Of a stretch of DNA of 64,000 bases, positions 1 through 9,677 are shown piece by piece. Source of the stretch: Cyanobacteriota bacterium (lineage in GTDB: Bacteria > Cyanobacteriota > Cyanobacteriia > Cyanobacteriales > Nostocaceae); NCBI GenBank assembly GCA_046045965.1, contig JBJOKS010000001.1:96001-160000 (forward strand). Reading direction: 5' to 3'. The notes below the pieces were generated by a model. It made no database searches and was not told the origin of the DNA. It worked only from the letters and a program-made list of their open reading frames with translations. Every line of letters begins with the position of its first letter. Position 1 is the stretch's first letter. Both the position numbers and the translations under genes were made by a program.

Positions 1-1237
1 TCTCTACTTCGTTATAGAGATTGGTGTACTCGGTACAGTTACCTTGAGAACGACATAAAAAACTAATATTAGCAGACTGCCAAATTACTAAACCTGCAAT
101 TCCTCCAGTAACCAGTATAGTTGCTAAGACACTGATTATCAATTTCCAGTTACGTCTTTGATTATTTGAATTGTTTTTTTCTTCATTTTTTTCTATCTGT
201 GTAATTTCTTGATGGTTTAGAGGTACTTCTTCTGGTGTGAACTCAGTCAATAATTGAAAATTAGCTACTACTTCTAAATTCCTGTCAATTTTCAATGTAA
301 CAGTATGATCAGATCCATTTACTGCACCACTCCAGTGAGTAAACCGCCAATTTTGTTTTGCTATTGCTTTTACAGTCACTTGTTCATCTAATTCGTACAA
401 ACCATCACCTTCAATTTCGCCGCTTCCTGACGGTTTTGCTGTGACGGTTAAAGTATATTTCGGAATCAGCGGAGAACCAATATTTTTAGTTGTTTTTTGC
501 TCTACTGGTGATTCTGGATCTAGTTTTTCTAGTTCTGCTTCCAGGCGATCGCCTATCTCCCGTATTCTGAAGTTGCGCTTATTTGGGTTTGGATCAGTTA
601 CTTGAAGATACCAATCTGTAGCTGTTAATTTTGGCTGCAAATCAGCAATAATTTTGGCAAAAGCATAAATATCAGATGCCTTTGTTAAATTATCTGTTCC
701 TACTTCTGGTGCAAGATAATTTTTGTATTCTTTTTTCAAACTCTTTATAACGGATTGATTTCGCGAATTAATCAATGGTGCATAGCCAAAACCCCTTAAA
801 TATACTTTGTTTTCTACCACTACAAAACTAGACGGATTGAGGTTGCCATGTATTTCTTGTTGATGCAAAATATGAATGATTTCGGTAGCCTGTTTCCATA
901 ATTCTTTTGCATTTTCTGGTTGCTGATCTAAAAATTCTGCTAGGGTTTTGGTTTTTTCAGACCAAGTTGAATAAACTGAAACTATGGGAGAATTTAGCTC
1001 CTTACGAGTAGTTTCTGGGACAACAAAGCCAGACTTATTTTTAAAATCATTCAAAGATGCAAAGTGTTCAAATAATAAGTTTGCTTCTGCTTCCGATACT
1101 TGAGTTTGTAAAACTTGTAAAATTACAGTCTTGTTGTCCTTAGTAGCCCTAAACCATTTATAAATAGAATCCTCACTAATGCTTGCTACTAGTTCATATC
1201 CACAAATTGATTGTTTTTCTTCCATTTGATTAACCAT
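1..1237 (-). CDS. Membrane-anchored Ser/Thr kinase-like (pseudokinase) protein with a divergent InlB-B-type beta-repeat; runs off the left window edge
   Basis: Hand translation from ATG 1237 stays open to position 1: MVNQMEEKQSICGYELV...IHGNLNPSSF...YLRGFGY...YLAPE...SDIYAF (kinase fold), then YTLTVTAKPSGSGEIEGDG...WRFTHWSG...VVANF, then hydrophobic LIISVLATILVTGGIAGLVIW. Absent from the ORF track because its stop lies outside the window. Confidence 0.85.
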   Translation of the reverse strand, partial: MVNQMEEKQSICGYELVASISEDSIYKWFRATKDNKTVILQVLQTQVSEAEANLLFEHFASLNDFKNKSGFVVPETTRKELNSPIVSVYSTWSEKTKTLAEFLDQQPENAKELWKQATEIIHILHQQEIHGNLNPSSFVVVENKVYLRGFGYAPLINSRNQSVIKSLKKEYKNYLAPEVGTDNLTKASDIYAFAKIIADLQPKLTATDWYLQVTDPNPNKRNFRIREIGDRLEAELEKLDPESPVEQKTTKNIGSPLIPKYTLTVTAKPSGSGEIEGDGLYELDEQVTVKAIAKQNWRFTHWSGAVNGSDHTVTLKIDRNLEVVANFQLLTEFTPEEVPLNHQEITQIEKNEEKNNSNNQRRNWKLIISVLATILVTGGIAGLVIWQSANISFLCRSQGNCTEYTNLYNEVE

Positions 1238-1319
1238 AAATTTTGCTTTTAGTAAATTGACAACATTTCTCTTATTTAATCATGTTTATGCTTACTTTTG
1301 GCAGTTGAGCAATTAAGTT

Positions 1320-2804
1320 CTAGGAAAAATGAAATCCATCGTTTCTCTTAAATCCTTCACTTTCTAAAGTAACAGATACTCTTTGTTCTTCGCTCACTTT
1401 GAAAGTAACTTTAATGTCTCCTCCTTGAAGATGCTCAGGTAATTCGGTAATATTAATAGTTCCTACTAAGGAGTTATCTTTAACTAGTTTGGATGACCCT
1501 TGATAGACGTTGATATCTAAAGCATCTACATTATTGCTAATAGTAAATATTTGACTTCCTTCGCAGGGGGTTTTCCGATTTGCGGCAATTAACGGATGGA
1601 ATTTACCACCGATTATTTCAATACCTAAAGCATGGCAAGTACGCCTAAAGATTTTCACTTCTCGCCCGAAAACTTCTCTGTCATCAAGATAGGCTGCATA
1701 GATCGCTGCTCCCTCGGCTACACAGAGGGACAAATTACTATTAGCATAAATCTTTTGATCACCGAAAATATCACTCAATAAAGCTCTCATGCAGGGAATA
1801 TTACTGGAACTGCCAGCTAAAATTACGCGATCTACAGCTGATGAATTTAAATTAGTATCATCCCAAATTTTTTCAATTATGCCCTTGATTTTATTAACGT
1901 AAGGCTGAAGCAAATTTTCAAGTTCTGAACGAGTTACAATGGTATCTGTTGGCTGTCCAGGAATTGCTTCAAATATGACATCAGCTATTTGTGCGGCGCT
2001 GAGGGTATGTTTCGCTTCTATCGCTACTTCTGTAAGTTTGTGTTGAGCTTTGCGTAATGATTTTTCATCTAAGTTAGATAAATTTAACTTACCTTTATTG
2101 ATGAATAATTTTACTAGTTCTTGATCAAAGTCCATTCCTCCTAGTCGATCATCTCCACCTGTTCCTAACACTTCAAAAAGTAGATTATCTGGTGTTTGTT
2201 CTAGTCGAAATAGAGTTAAATCAAAAGTACCACCTCCTAAATCAAATACCAAAATATTTTCTGCATGGGTTCTGTCTGGATAGTCTTGAACCAACTGCCA
2301 AGTATATGCAAGAGAGGCAGCAATGGGTTCTTGTAAGATGTCGGAAAAGTTAATATCAGCTAATAAGGCTGCCTGGCGGGTATTTTCACATTGATGGGCT
2401 TTAAAATAGTAAGGTACAGTTACAACTGTGCCACGACTTTGGAGTTTACCTGCATATTGCTTATCTTTGATATCACTGTATAGATACTGGAGAATTTTGG
2501 CTGATATTTCAATTGGGGAAAATTCTTGTCCTCCTAGTACAATTCTTTGTGTAGCATCATCCATCAAACGTTTAACACCTTGAATCATATTTTCTGGAAA
2601 TGTAAAACCTTTGCGATATGCAGTGACTCCTACTAAAGATTCTTTTTTTGTTGGATCATTGTAAAATACTGATTGCAGAGTAGAACCAGCAGGGCTAAAT
2701 ATTTGATAAGCTCTTGGTCCTCTACCATCCCAACGAGCGATCGCACTAAATGTTGTTCCTAAGTCAATACCTAAAACGGGATTCAATTGATGATCAACAG
2801 GCAT
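1320..2804 (-). CDS. Hsp70-family protein (DnaK-like, no C-terminal lid)
   Basis: GIDLGTTFS, TVPYYF, EPIAA, FDLGGGTFD and LGGMDFD motifs; 494 aa, ending after the beta substrate-binding domain. Confidence 0.93.
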   Translation of the reverse strand: MPVDHQLNPVLGIDLGTTFSAIARWDGRGPRAYQIFSPAGSTLQSVFYNDPTKKESLVGVTAYRKGFTFPENMIQGVKRLMDDATQRIVLGGQEFSPIEISAKILQYLYSDIKDKQYAGKLQSRGTVVTVPYYFKAHQCENTRQAALLADINFSDILQEPIAASLAYTWQLVQDYPDRTHAENILVFDLGGGTFDLTLFRLEQTPDNLLFEVLGTGGDDRLGGMDFDQELVKLFINKGKLNLSNLDEKSLRKAQHKLTEVAIEAKHTLSAAQIADVIFEAIPGQPTDTIVTRSELENLLQPYVNKIKGIIEKIWDDTNLNSSAVDRVILAGSSSNIPCMRALLSDIFGDQKIYANSNLSLCVAEGAAIYAAYLDDREVFGREVKIFRRTCHALGIEIIGGKFHPLIAANRKTPCEGSQIFTISNNVDALDINVYQGSSKLVKDNSLVGTINITELPEHLQGGDIKVTFKVSEEQRVSVTLESEGFKRNDGFHFS

Positions 2805-2840
2805 AGTATCAAACCACTAATTTACTAATTTACTAATTAA

Positions 2841-3968
2841 CTAATTTTTCACAACGATGACTTCAGCACAGCGCAAAACTATTCGACTATCTGACGCTAA
2901 TTCATATTCATATCCGGCTCTACTAACTTCTTTGATGTCTTCAGTTGTTAATGTTTCATCTGGTTCAATATCTATAGGTTCATGTCGGTCATAATCAATT
3001 GGATTTCCTTTTTCAACTTGCATTCTATAAACACCAAATTTGTTTAATAAAGATAGAATCTTTTCCTGTAATTGAGCGTAGGTATCAAACCATAGTTGTA
3101 AATTCTCTGCTTGTTCTGGCTCTGCTTGTTCTGGAACTTCTTTTTCCATTGACTGAATTAGTGGCTCTGAAAATTGTTTACCACTATCTAAGGCATCTAT
3201 AATTGGTAGCATTTTTTTCTCAAGAAATTGCAGGAAACGTTTGCGTCTATTTTGGGCTGTTTCCCGCATTTTTCCCACTAAATGCCAGCGTTCATTTCCG
3301 CGTAGTTTCAATTGAGAGTCTAAAACTTTTTTGGCTGATGCTTCATCTACTTCCTGAACAATTAATTGACTCAACTCCTGTTCTGTAATTATCAAATGAT
3401 CTATAGATTCTCTGACTACGGTTTCTGTAATTTCTTGTGCTTGTTCTCGCAAGCGTTCTACCATTCTGCCAATAATTTCTAACCCTTCATTTCTACCTTG
3501 AATTTTTGCTTGTAATTCCTGTGGTAGAGATAATTTTAATTCTTGACTATTCGTTAATATGGCTTTGGTATCCTCAAGAAATAATGGCAACTCGTTGAAA
3601 ATTTCTTGTCCTTTCTGTTGCCATTGACAAGCTTGCTCGTAGTATTGTTCTAATTCTTGAATATCCGATTCCTGACTTTCTTTTTCCTGTTGCCAAGCTA
3701 AAGTAACTAATGCTGATAAGTCTTTAATCTTGGGAATATTATGCAGTGGCTGTTCTGTATTTGTTTCTAAATTAGCTGGTTCAGTGTTTGGTTGTTCACT
3801 GTTTTCTAACAAATTTTCTAATCCTGTTGATGTCTCTGTTGAATTAGGATCATTAGATCCAACCTCAATTGGATTATCTGGGTTTTGTTGATCTTGATCA
3901 GTTGCTAGAGTATCGTTATCCTGTGCAGAAGAATTCGATTGGATAGGGTTTGCAGAATTGTTTGTCAT
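2841..3968 (-). CDS. GrpE-like nucleotide exchange factor with a long acidic/coiled-coil N-terminus
   Basis: C-terminal LPIIDALD...GNPIDYDRHEPI...EVSRAGY...LRCAEVIVVK matches the GrpE head pattern; lies between Hsp70 genes. Confidence 0.8.
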   Translation of the reverse strand: MTNNSANPIQSNSSAQDNDTLATDQDQQNPDNPIEVGSNDPNSTETSTGLENLLENSEQPNTEPANLETNTEQPLHNIPKIKDLSALVTLAWQQEKESQESDIQELEQYYEQACQWQQKGQEIFNELPLFLEDTKAILTNSQELKLSLPQELQAKIQGRNEGLEIIGRMVERLREQAQEITETVVRESIDHLIITEQELSQLIVQEVDEASAKKVLDSQLKLRGNERWHLVGKMRETAQNRRKRFLQFLEKKMLPIIDALDSGKQFSEPLIQSMEKEVPEQAEPEQAENLQLWFDTYAQLQEKILSLLNKFGVYRMQVEKGNPIDYDRHEPIDIEPDETLTTEDIKEVSRAGYEYELASDSRIVLRCAEVIVVKN

Positions 3969-3996
3969 TTTATTATTGTTTTTATCACTAATTTGC

Positions 3997-5610
3997 TTAC
4001 GCGCGAGTTATTTCTAATTCATCAGCAGAACTTGAACTAACCGCCTGAACTTTCAGTAAGTTTTGTTGATCGATAGCAAAGGTAACTGTAATCTTTTCTT
4101 GTCCTTTGGATTTCGGGGGAATTTTAGTTAAGAAAAACTCACCAATACACTTGACTCCTTGATCATTGACGTATTCTACAAGTTCTGTTGACTGATAGAT
4201 ACGAATGACTAACTCTGTCATATTATCGCGGGAAGTAGTATAGTCTTTCTTTTCAATCAGAGGCTGATCTGTGGGAATTTCTAAATCTTTTTTTAGTAAA
4301 CAACTAAATTTACCACCTGCTATTTCAATACCTAAGAAATGTGTAACAATGTTGTTGATGGTGACTGTGCCTTTAAATTGGTCTTCAGGATTAACATTTT
4401 CTGTTTCTGGAATTTTGTCTGATGGTACTCCTAAATTAGCTCCAAAAATTGCTGCTCCTCTGGCTACTGCTGTATCTGGATCTGTGTCGGCATACGGCTC
4501 TTTACCAAACATTTCTGTGAGCATGGTTCTCACTAATGGAACTCGACTAGAACCACCAATCATGATGATCCGATCAATATCACCAATTTCTAATTTGGCA
4601 CTAGCTAAAGCTTGTTGTAATGCTTGTTTTGATTGCAAAATTAAATCTTTAATAGCAGTGTTGAAATCTTCACGAGTAATTTCTAATTCCAAGTTATACA
4701 TATTGCCTGATTCATCTGCAATCAAATTAGGCAGATCAATTTTTGCTGTTTGAGCTTCGCTCAGTTCCCATTTAGCTTTTTCTGCTTCCTCTTTTAATTT
4801 CTGTTGAGCGTTACGAATTTTATTGGGGCTAATTCCTTGATCTTTTTTGTCGTCTAAAAGATTAATGCCAGAAGTTTCTAGCAGTTTGGCGGCGGCAATT
4901 TTCATAATTTCATAGTCGAAATCGTCTCCACCTAATTGAGAGATTCCTGCTTTAGCAAGAATTTCAAAACAACTGGTTGATTCAAGGGAGGAATTGAGTT
5001 TAAGTATACAGACATCGAAAGTTCCACCACCAATGTCGTAGACTAAAATTGTCTGATTTCGTTGTTTTTCCATGCCATAGGCGATGGCTGCGGCTACGGG
5101 TTCTTCTAATAGGTAAAGTACCTCTAAATTCGCCAGTTCACTGGCTTTGATAGTGGCTGTTTTCTGTGCATCGTTAAAGTTGGCAGGAATGCAAATCACC
5201 GCATAGCGGGGTGTACCCCTGAGCTTATCAACATCTTGGGCAGCTTCCGCAGTTAACTTTGACAAAATTTCCGCGGAAATATCGACTGGTGTATATTTTT
5301 TTCCAGGGGATGCGGGAAACTCTTTTGTCCATTCCGTTCCCATCTCCCTTTTGATTGATTTCACCAGATTATCTGGATCGATAAGTAAGCGTTTACGCGC
5401 TTTCTTTCCCACTACCATTTCCCCAGCTTCTTGATCTTTAGGGATGTAAACCACAGAGGGACACATTTTTTCCCCTTCTATGGGTAGGATTTCAGCTACA
5501 CCTTTTCTAAAGATAGCGATCGCTGAGTTAGATGTACCTAAATCAATACCTAAAATATAAGGACTGTTTTTCGGTGCTATTGTCATAGATTTAAACAAGT
5601 CAATGGTCAA
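3997..5610 (-). CDS. Hsp70-family protein (DnaK-like, no lid); probable start ATG 5586
   Basis: GIDLGTSNS, IPANF, EPVAAAIAYG, YDIGGGTFD, LGGDDFD, IGGSSRVP. Confidence 0.93.
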   Translation of the reverse strand: MTIDLFKSMTIAPKNSPYILGIDLGTSNSAIAIFRKGVAEILPIEGEKMCPSVVYIPKDQEAGEMVVGKKARKRLLIDPDNLVKSIKREMGTEWTKEFPASPGKKYTPVDISAEILSKLTAEAAQDVDKLRGTPRYAVICIPANFNDAQKTATIKASELANLEVLYLLEEPVAAAIAYGMEKQRNQTILVYDIGGGTFDVCILKLNSSLESTSCFEILAKAGISQLGGDDFDYEIMKIAAAKLLETSGINLLDDKKDQGISPNKIRNAQQKLKEEAEKAKWELSEAQTAKIDLPNLIADESGNMYNLELEITREDFNTAIKDLILQSKQALQQALASAKLEIGDIDRIIMIGGSSRVPLVRTMLTEMFGKEPYADTDPDTAVARGAAIFGANLGVPSDKIPETENVNPEDQFKGTVTINNIVTHFLGIEIAGGKFSCLLKKDLEIPTDQPLIEKKDYTTSRDNMTELVIRIYQSTELVEYVNDQGVKCIGEFFLTKIPPKSKGQEKITVTFAIDQQNLLKVQAVSSSSADELEITRA

Positions 5611-5660
5611 ATAATTAGTCGTTAAATAAATCGAAAGCTATCTCGACTCTTGATTTATGG

Positions 5661-7193
5661 TTAAATGTTAGTATCAATAGTCACGGTTTTTGCATTAATC
5701 CTCCCAGTATTAATCAACTGATTTACCAGTGTTATGTGCAAAGCACCACCATTTTCGGCTGCATACTCTAAAATAGGTGTGATCACTTCACTTCTTGGTA
5801 ATTCCACCATCGTAAACTTGAGGATGCCATCAGCGTCTAAATTAAAGATCACTCCCAAAGGTACTTCTTCAGACTGAGGTGTAATTGGGAGAATTAGCTG
5901 CCCCAGTTGAGTATTTTTCTGGGGATCAGGATGTTCACCGCGAAAGACGCTAACACGTACTCGTTCTTGCCAAGGGCGAGATGTAGTAGCAAATCTGCCA
6001 TATTGGCAGGGATAGGGAGTTTGGCGAGGAATAACGGCTACAAATACTAGTTCTTCTTCACCATTGTTTTCCTGAAGCATATCTACGCCATAAGTGTGCG
6101 GTGTGACATCTGTCACTTCCACAGGCAAATTATCTACTATGCTTGCTGCCACAATTGCTGCCCCATGTGCCACAACTTCATCTACTCGGTCTGCGGTAAA
6201 GGGGTCTTTAATTTCCTGGGAAACAATTTCTCTAACTGCGCGGTTTCTGGTTGAACCTCCAACTAAAATTACGCGATCAATATCCCCTGCACTCATCCCC
6301 GCATCTCGCAGTGCATCGCGCATACACTGGATAGTTTTTTGCAGCAAGGGTTCTATCAGTTTGTTGTATTGAGATAATGATAATTCCAGTTCTAAAGGAT
6401 GACCCAAACAATCAGAGATTTCGATCAAGGCGGTTTCTGCTTGGGAAAGTTCTATTTTGGCTACTTCTGCGGCTTCTTTCAATCTCTGTCGAGCAATTTT
6501 TCCCTTGCGGCTAGAGTTATTGAGCAAATCAATCCCGGTTTTTGCTTGAAATTGGCTACTTGCCCAAAACATAATGGCTTCATCGAAGTCATCTCCACCT
6601 AAGCAACTGTCTCCACCTACTGCTTTGACTTTAAACTCATTTTGTTGGACTGTGAGGATGGAAACGTCAAATGTGCCGCCACCTAAGTCATAGACCATGA
6701 GAGTTTGGTCTTTACCTTTATCAAAACCGTAAGCGATCGCAGCTGCTGTTGGTTCAGGAATCAGTTTAAGAACATTCAAACCAGCTTTCTCCCCTGCTCT
6801 TTTCGTATCTTCCTTTTGAGCTTCTGTGAAGTAAGCAGGAACTGTAATTACTACATCTCGGATCGGCTGTCCTAGTTCTTTTTCCGCACATTCCACTAGA
6901 CGTTTTAGTATCATACTACCGATGTCCAATGGGGTCAGAGTCTTACCACCTACACGGTAAATTTGACTGCGATCGCCCATAAACCTCTTCGCTGAAGCAA
7001 CGGAATTCTCAGGATCTATTAATAACTTCGCTTTTGCAGATTGTCCCACCAACATACTTCCATCGTTACGGAAGGATACCACAGAAGGTAGAGTCGGACG
7101 ACCATCAATTAATAATGTTTCTACTACTCCTCTACGAAATACAGATATGACGGAATTAGTAGTTCCCAAATCAATACCGACAGCGTAAGCCAT
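5661..7193 (-). CDS. Hsp70-family protein (DnaK-like, no canonical lid)
   Basis: GIDLGTTNS, TVPAYF, EPTAAAIAYG, YDLGGGTFDVS, VGGSTR, DVTP. Confidence 0.94.
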   Translation of the reverse strand: MAYAVGIDLGTTNSVISVFRRGVVETLLIDGRPTLPSVVSFRNDGSMLVGQSAKAKLLIDPENSVASAKRFMGDRSQIYRVGGKTLTPLDIGSMILKRLVECAEKELGQPIRDVVITVPAYFTEAQKEDTKRAGEKAGLNVLKLIPEPTAAAIAYGFDKGKDQTLMVYDLGGGTFDVSILTVQQNEFKVKAVGGDSCLGGDDFDEAIMFWASSQFQAKTGIDLLNNSSRKGKIARQRLKEAAEVAKIELSQAETALIEISDCLGHPLELELSLSQYNKLIEPLLQKTIQCMRDALRDAGMSAGDIDRVILVGGSTRNRAVREIVSQEIKDPFTADRVDEVVAHGAAIVAASIVDNLPVEVTDVTPHTYGVDMLQENNGEEELVFVAVIPRQTPYPCQYGRFATTSRPWQERVRVSVFRGEHPDPQKNTQLGQLILPITPQSEEVPLGVIFNLDADGILKFTMVELPRSEVITPILEYAAENGGALHITLVNQLINTGRINAKTVTIDTNI

Positions 7194-7452
7194 AATTTTT
7201 CCTTATTTAATATTTAAATGTGCGTTGCTTAATTCCAGATTAATTGTCTTGTCATACCGCCCCTATCCCATAACAAAGATACGATCATGATATAGCTAAT
7301 GTTTGAGTTAATATCTATACCCACATGAAAATTTAAATGTTTTAGCTGCTTATTTAAATTTATTATAAAGTAGTTATATTTTACAAGTAATTTTGGGTAC
7401 ATTTAAGATTAAACTCGTAAAGTACACAGTATAGAACTAACAGTGGTTAGCT

Positions 7453-8013
7453 ATGAAAAACCAGCTACTGAATACGATTCTGACAGGAACAGCTATTACA
7501 TTAGCCTCTAGTTTACTGTCAAGCACTCCCGCTCAAGCTCAAGCAACGGCTTTTGTTTGTGGACAAAGCAACAATGTTCCAGCAACAATGGCTCAAACAG
7601 CAAGAGGTAATGTCCCCGTGATCCGTTGGAATTCTGACTATTTCGCAGCTGCTGGATATGATCCACAAACACGCTGTGAAATGGTATCACAAAGATTCCA
7701 AACTTTCCTCCAAAAGAAGGCTTTGAACTATATCACCACTGGACTCATCAATGGACAAAAAGTTGTCTGTGTTGCTCGTTTTCAAGGAGGTGACTGCGCT
7801 CGTGACCTTCCAGAAGCAGGATTATTATTCACACTCAAACCAGAAAGCAATCCCGGCCAAACTCTACGACAGTTAATGCAAGTAAGAGTAGGTGCATCTG
7901 GACCATTGAATGAAAATGATGCCCGTGTTTATATCAACGTCAATGATTTTCTGAATACATCACCAGTAGAGGAAAACACTATGAATCCACCGGTTGAAAA
8001 AAGCCTCTTTTAA
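7453..8013 (+). CDS. Secreted COP23-domain protein
   Basis: Signal peptide ending AQA; FVCG...VPATMA...PVIRW...RC..VS.RFQ...VVC...LLFTL pattern typical of cyanobacterial COP23. Confidence 0.8.
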   Translation: MKNQLLNTILTGTAITLASSLLSSTPAQAQATAFVCGQSNNVPATMAQTARGNVPVIRWNSDYFAAAGYDPQTRCEMVSQRFQTFLQKKALNYITTGLINGQKVVCVARFQGGDCARDLPEAGLLFTLKPESNPGQTLRQLMQVRVGASGPLNENDARVYINVNDFLNTSPVEENTMNPPVEKSLF

Positions 8014-8941
8014 CTTCTTATTAATCTGTTCAACCATGCTAAAGAAGCTAGAACTTTTGATGAATAATCTTGAAGTTACCAAAGGAAAAGGTATGCTTTG
8101 GCTGACAATTACCTTGCTTATTTCTACTGCTGGATTATTCATAGGAGAGGCAGAACAGATCAAAACTCTAGCTTCTGCTGATTTAAATACTATTCAAACT
8201 GATTTTTCTGACAACACAGAGGTATTGACAAAAGAAATAATCCAGCAGTCTAATTTATCAAATACCATACCTGAATCCTTGGCAATAATCGCCAAATCAA
8301 TTACCGTCAAAGTCTTAGCTGGTGAGGGTTCTGGTTCAGGAATTTTAATTCAACGACAAGGAGATATTTATACTGTTCTGACTAATGATCATGTATTAAG
8401 CTTAGGTAATAAGTATCAGATCCAAACACCAGATGGAAAAATATATGCGGCTTCTCGTTATTCAGTAGAGTTGGAAAACAATGATTTAGGATTAATCCGT
8501 TTCCAAAGCAGCAACAAATCTTACAGTATTGCCTCTTTAGATAGTGGCAAAGACTTAATGGTTGGGGATCAGCTGTTTGCTGCTGGGTTTCCCATAGATA
8601 TCAAGGTTTTTGCTAATCAACAAGGCGATTATATGATCTCTCATCCAGAGGGGTTTGTACTTACTTATGGACGGGTATCATTAGTCAATGACAAAATTTT
8701 AGCAGGAGGGTATCAGCTAGGTTATACTAATGACATTCAAAAAGGAATGAGCGGCGGTCCTGTACTTAATTATCAGGGACAGGTAGTAGCAATCAACGGA
8801 ATGCACGCTTATCCTCTCTGGGGAGATCCTTATGTATATAAAGATGGTTCAAAACCTTGTACATTTATGCGAGATTTCATGATCCACTATAGTTGGGGCA
8901 TTCCTATGGAAACATTTATCAAAATAGCGCCCAAACTTTAA
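7994..8941 (+). CDS. Trypsin-like serine protease (Trypsin_2), exported; true start probably downstream of 7994
   Basis: GSGILI, LTNDHV (His), NDLG (Asp), GMSGGPV (Ser). Confidence 0.9.
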   Translation: MKKASFNFLLICSTMLKKLELLMNNLEVTKGKGMLWLTITLLISTAGLFIGEAEQIKTLASADLNTIQTDFSDNTEVLTKEIIQQSNLSNTIPESLAIIAKSITVKVLAGEGSGSGILIQRQGDIYTVLTNDHVLSLGNKYQIQTPDGKIYAASRYSVELENNDLGLIRFQSSNKSYSIASLDSGKDLMVGDQLFAAGFPIDIKVFANQQGDYMISHPEGFVLTYGRVSLVNDKILAGGYQLGYTNDIQKGMSGGPVLNYQGQVVAINGMHAYPLWGDPYVYKDGSKPCTFMRDFMIHYSWGIPMETFIKIAPKL

Positions 8942-9003
8942 CTATTGCAATTATCGTTATCCATTATTTTGGCAAAAAAATTTATCAGTTAATGGAGATT
9001 TAG

Positions 9004-9639
9004 TTGATGAAAAGATTGAACAAACTAACATCCATATTCATCGGTACAGTAATGGTTCTAGCATTTTCCTCCGCAGGGTCAGCATCATCACAAGAAGCCA
9101 ATACTATTAATCAGGATGCTATTAAATTTGAAGGTTCTGACTACTTAACAGTAATTCAAGCCAGAATATTGATAGCCCAAGGACAGGCACTCTTGAATAT
9201 GGGCAGATACAGAGAAGCACTAGCAACATCTGATCGAGTCTTAGCAATTAAACCTACTGATTATCAGGCTTGGGAAATCAGAGGTAATGCTCTGAATAAA
9301 TTAGGTAGAGACAGGGAAGCTGTGACTGCTTATGAGCAAGCTTTGAAATTATTACAACAACCACAACAGAAATCTGTTCCAGGCAATAATACAGCCAAAG
9401 TAGAAAAACAATCAGAAATGTACCTGGGATTAATGCTGGATGATATTTGTAATCAAAACCAGAAATCCTATCCAATTCAGGGAAATAGATTGTCACAAAC
9501 TGAATCTGAATCTGTGAGTTTACCTGTATTTCCGAATATTAACTCAGGTTCAATCATCCCCAATTCAGAACCACAACTTAACATTCAGCCTTCCCCTATC
9601 ATCCCGCTAACTGAACCATTAAGACCTGCGCTTTGGTAA
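9004..9639 (+). CDS. Exported TPR-repeat protein
   Basis: Signal peptide; two TPR motifs (GQALLNMGRYREALA..., AWEIRGNALNKLGRDREAVTAYEQAL). Confidence 0.75.
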   Translation: MMKRLNKLTSIFIGTVMVLAFSSAGSASSQEANTINQDAIKFEGSDYLTVIQARILIAQGQALLNMGRYREALATSDRVLAIKPTDYQAWEIRGNALNKLGRDREAVTAYEQALKLLQQPQQKSVPGNNTAKVEKQSEMYLGLMLDDICNQNQKSYPIQGNRLSQTESESVSLPVFPNINSGSIIPNSEPQLNIQPSPIIPLTEPLRPALW

Positions 9640-9677
9640 AATTGATAGGAATTATTTGAATATTAAATACATACATT

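Noticed and set aside
4271..6602. Plus-strand ORFs within the Hsp70 genes
   Set aside because: They are antisense shadows of well-supported genes and have no motifs of their own.
5661..7193. Housekeeping dnaK
   Set aside because: Too short, with no lid, an altered linker and an atypical context, so no gene symbol was assigned.
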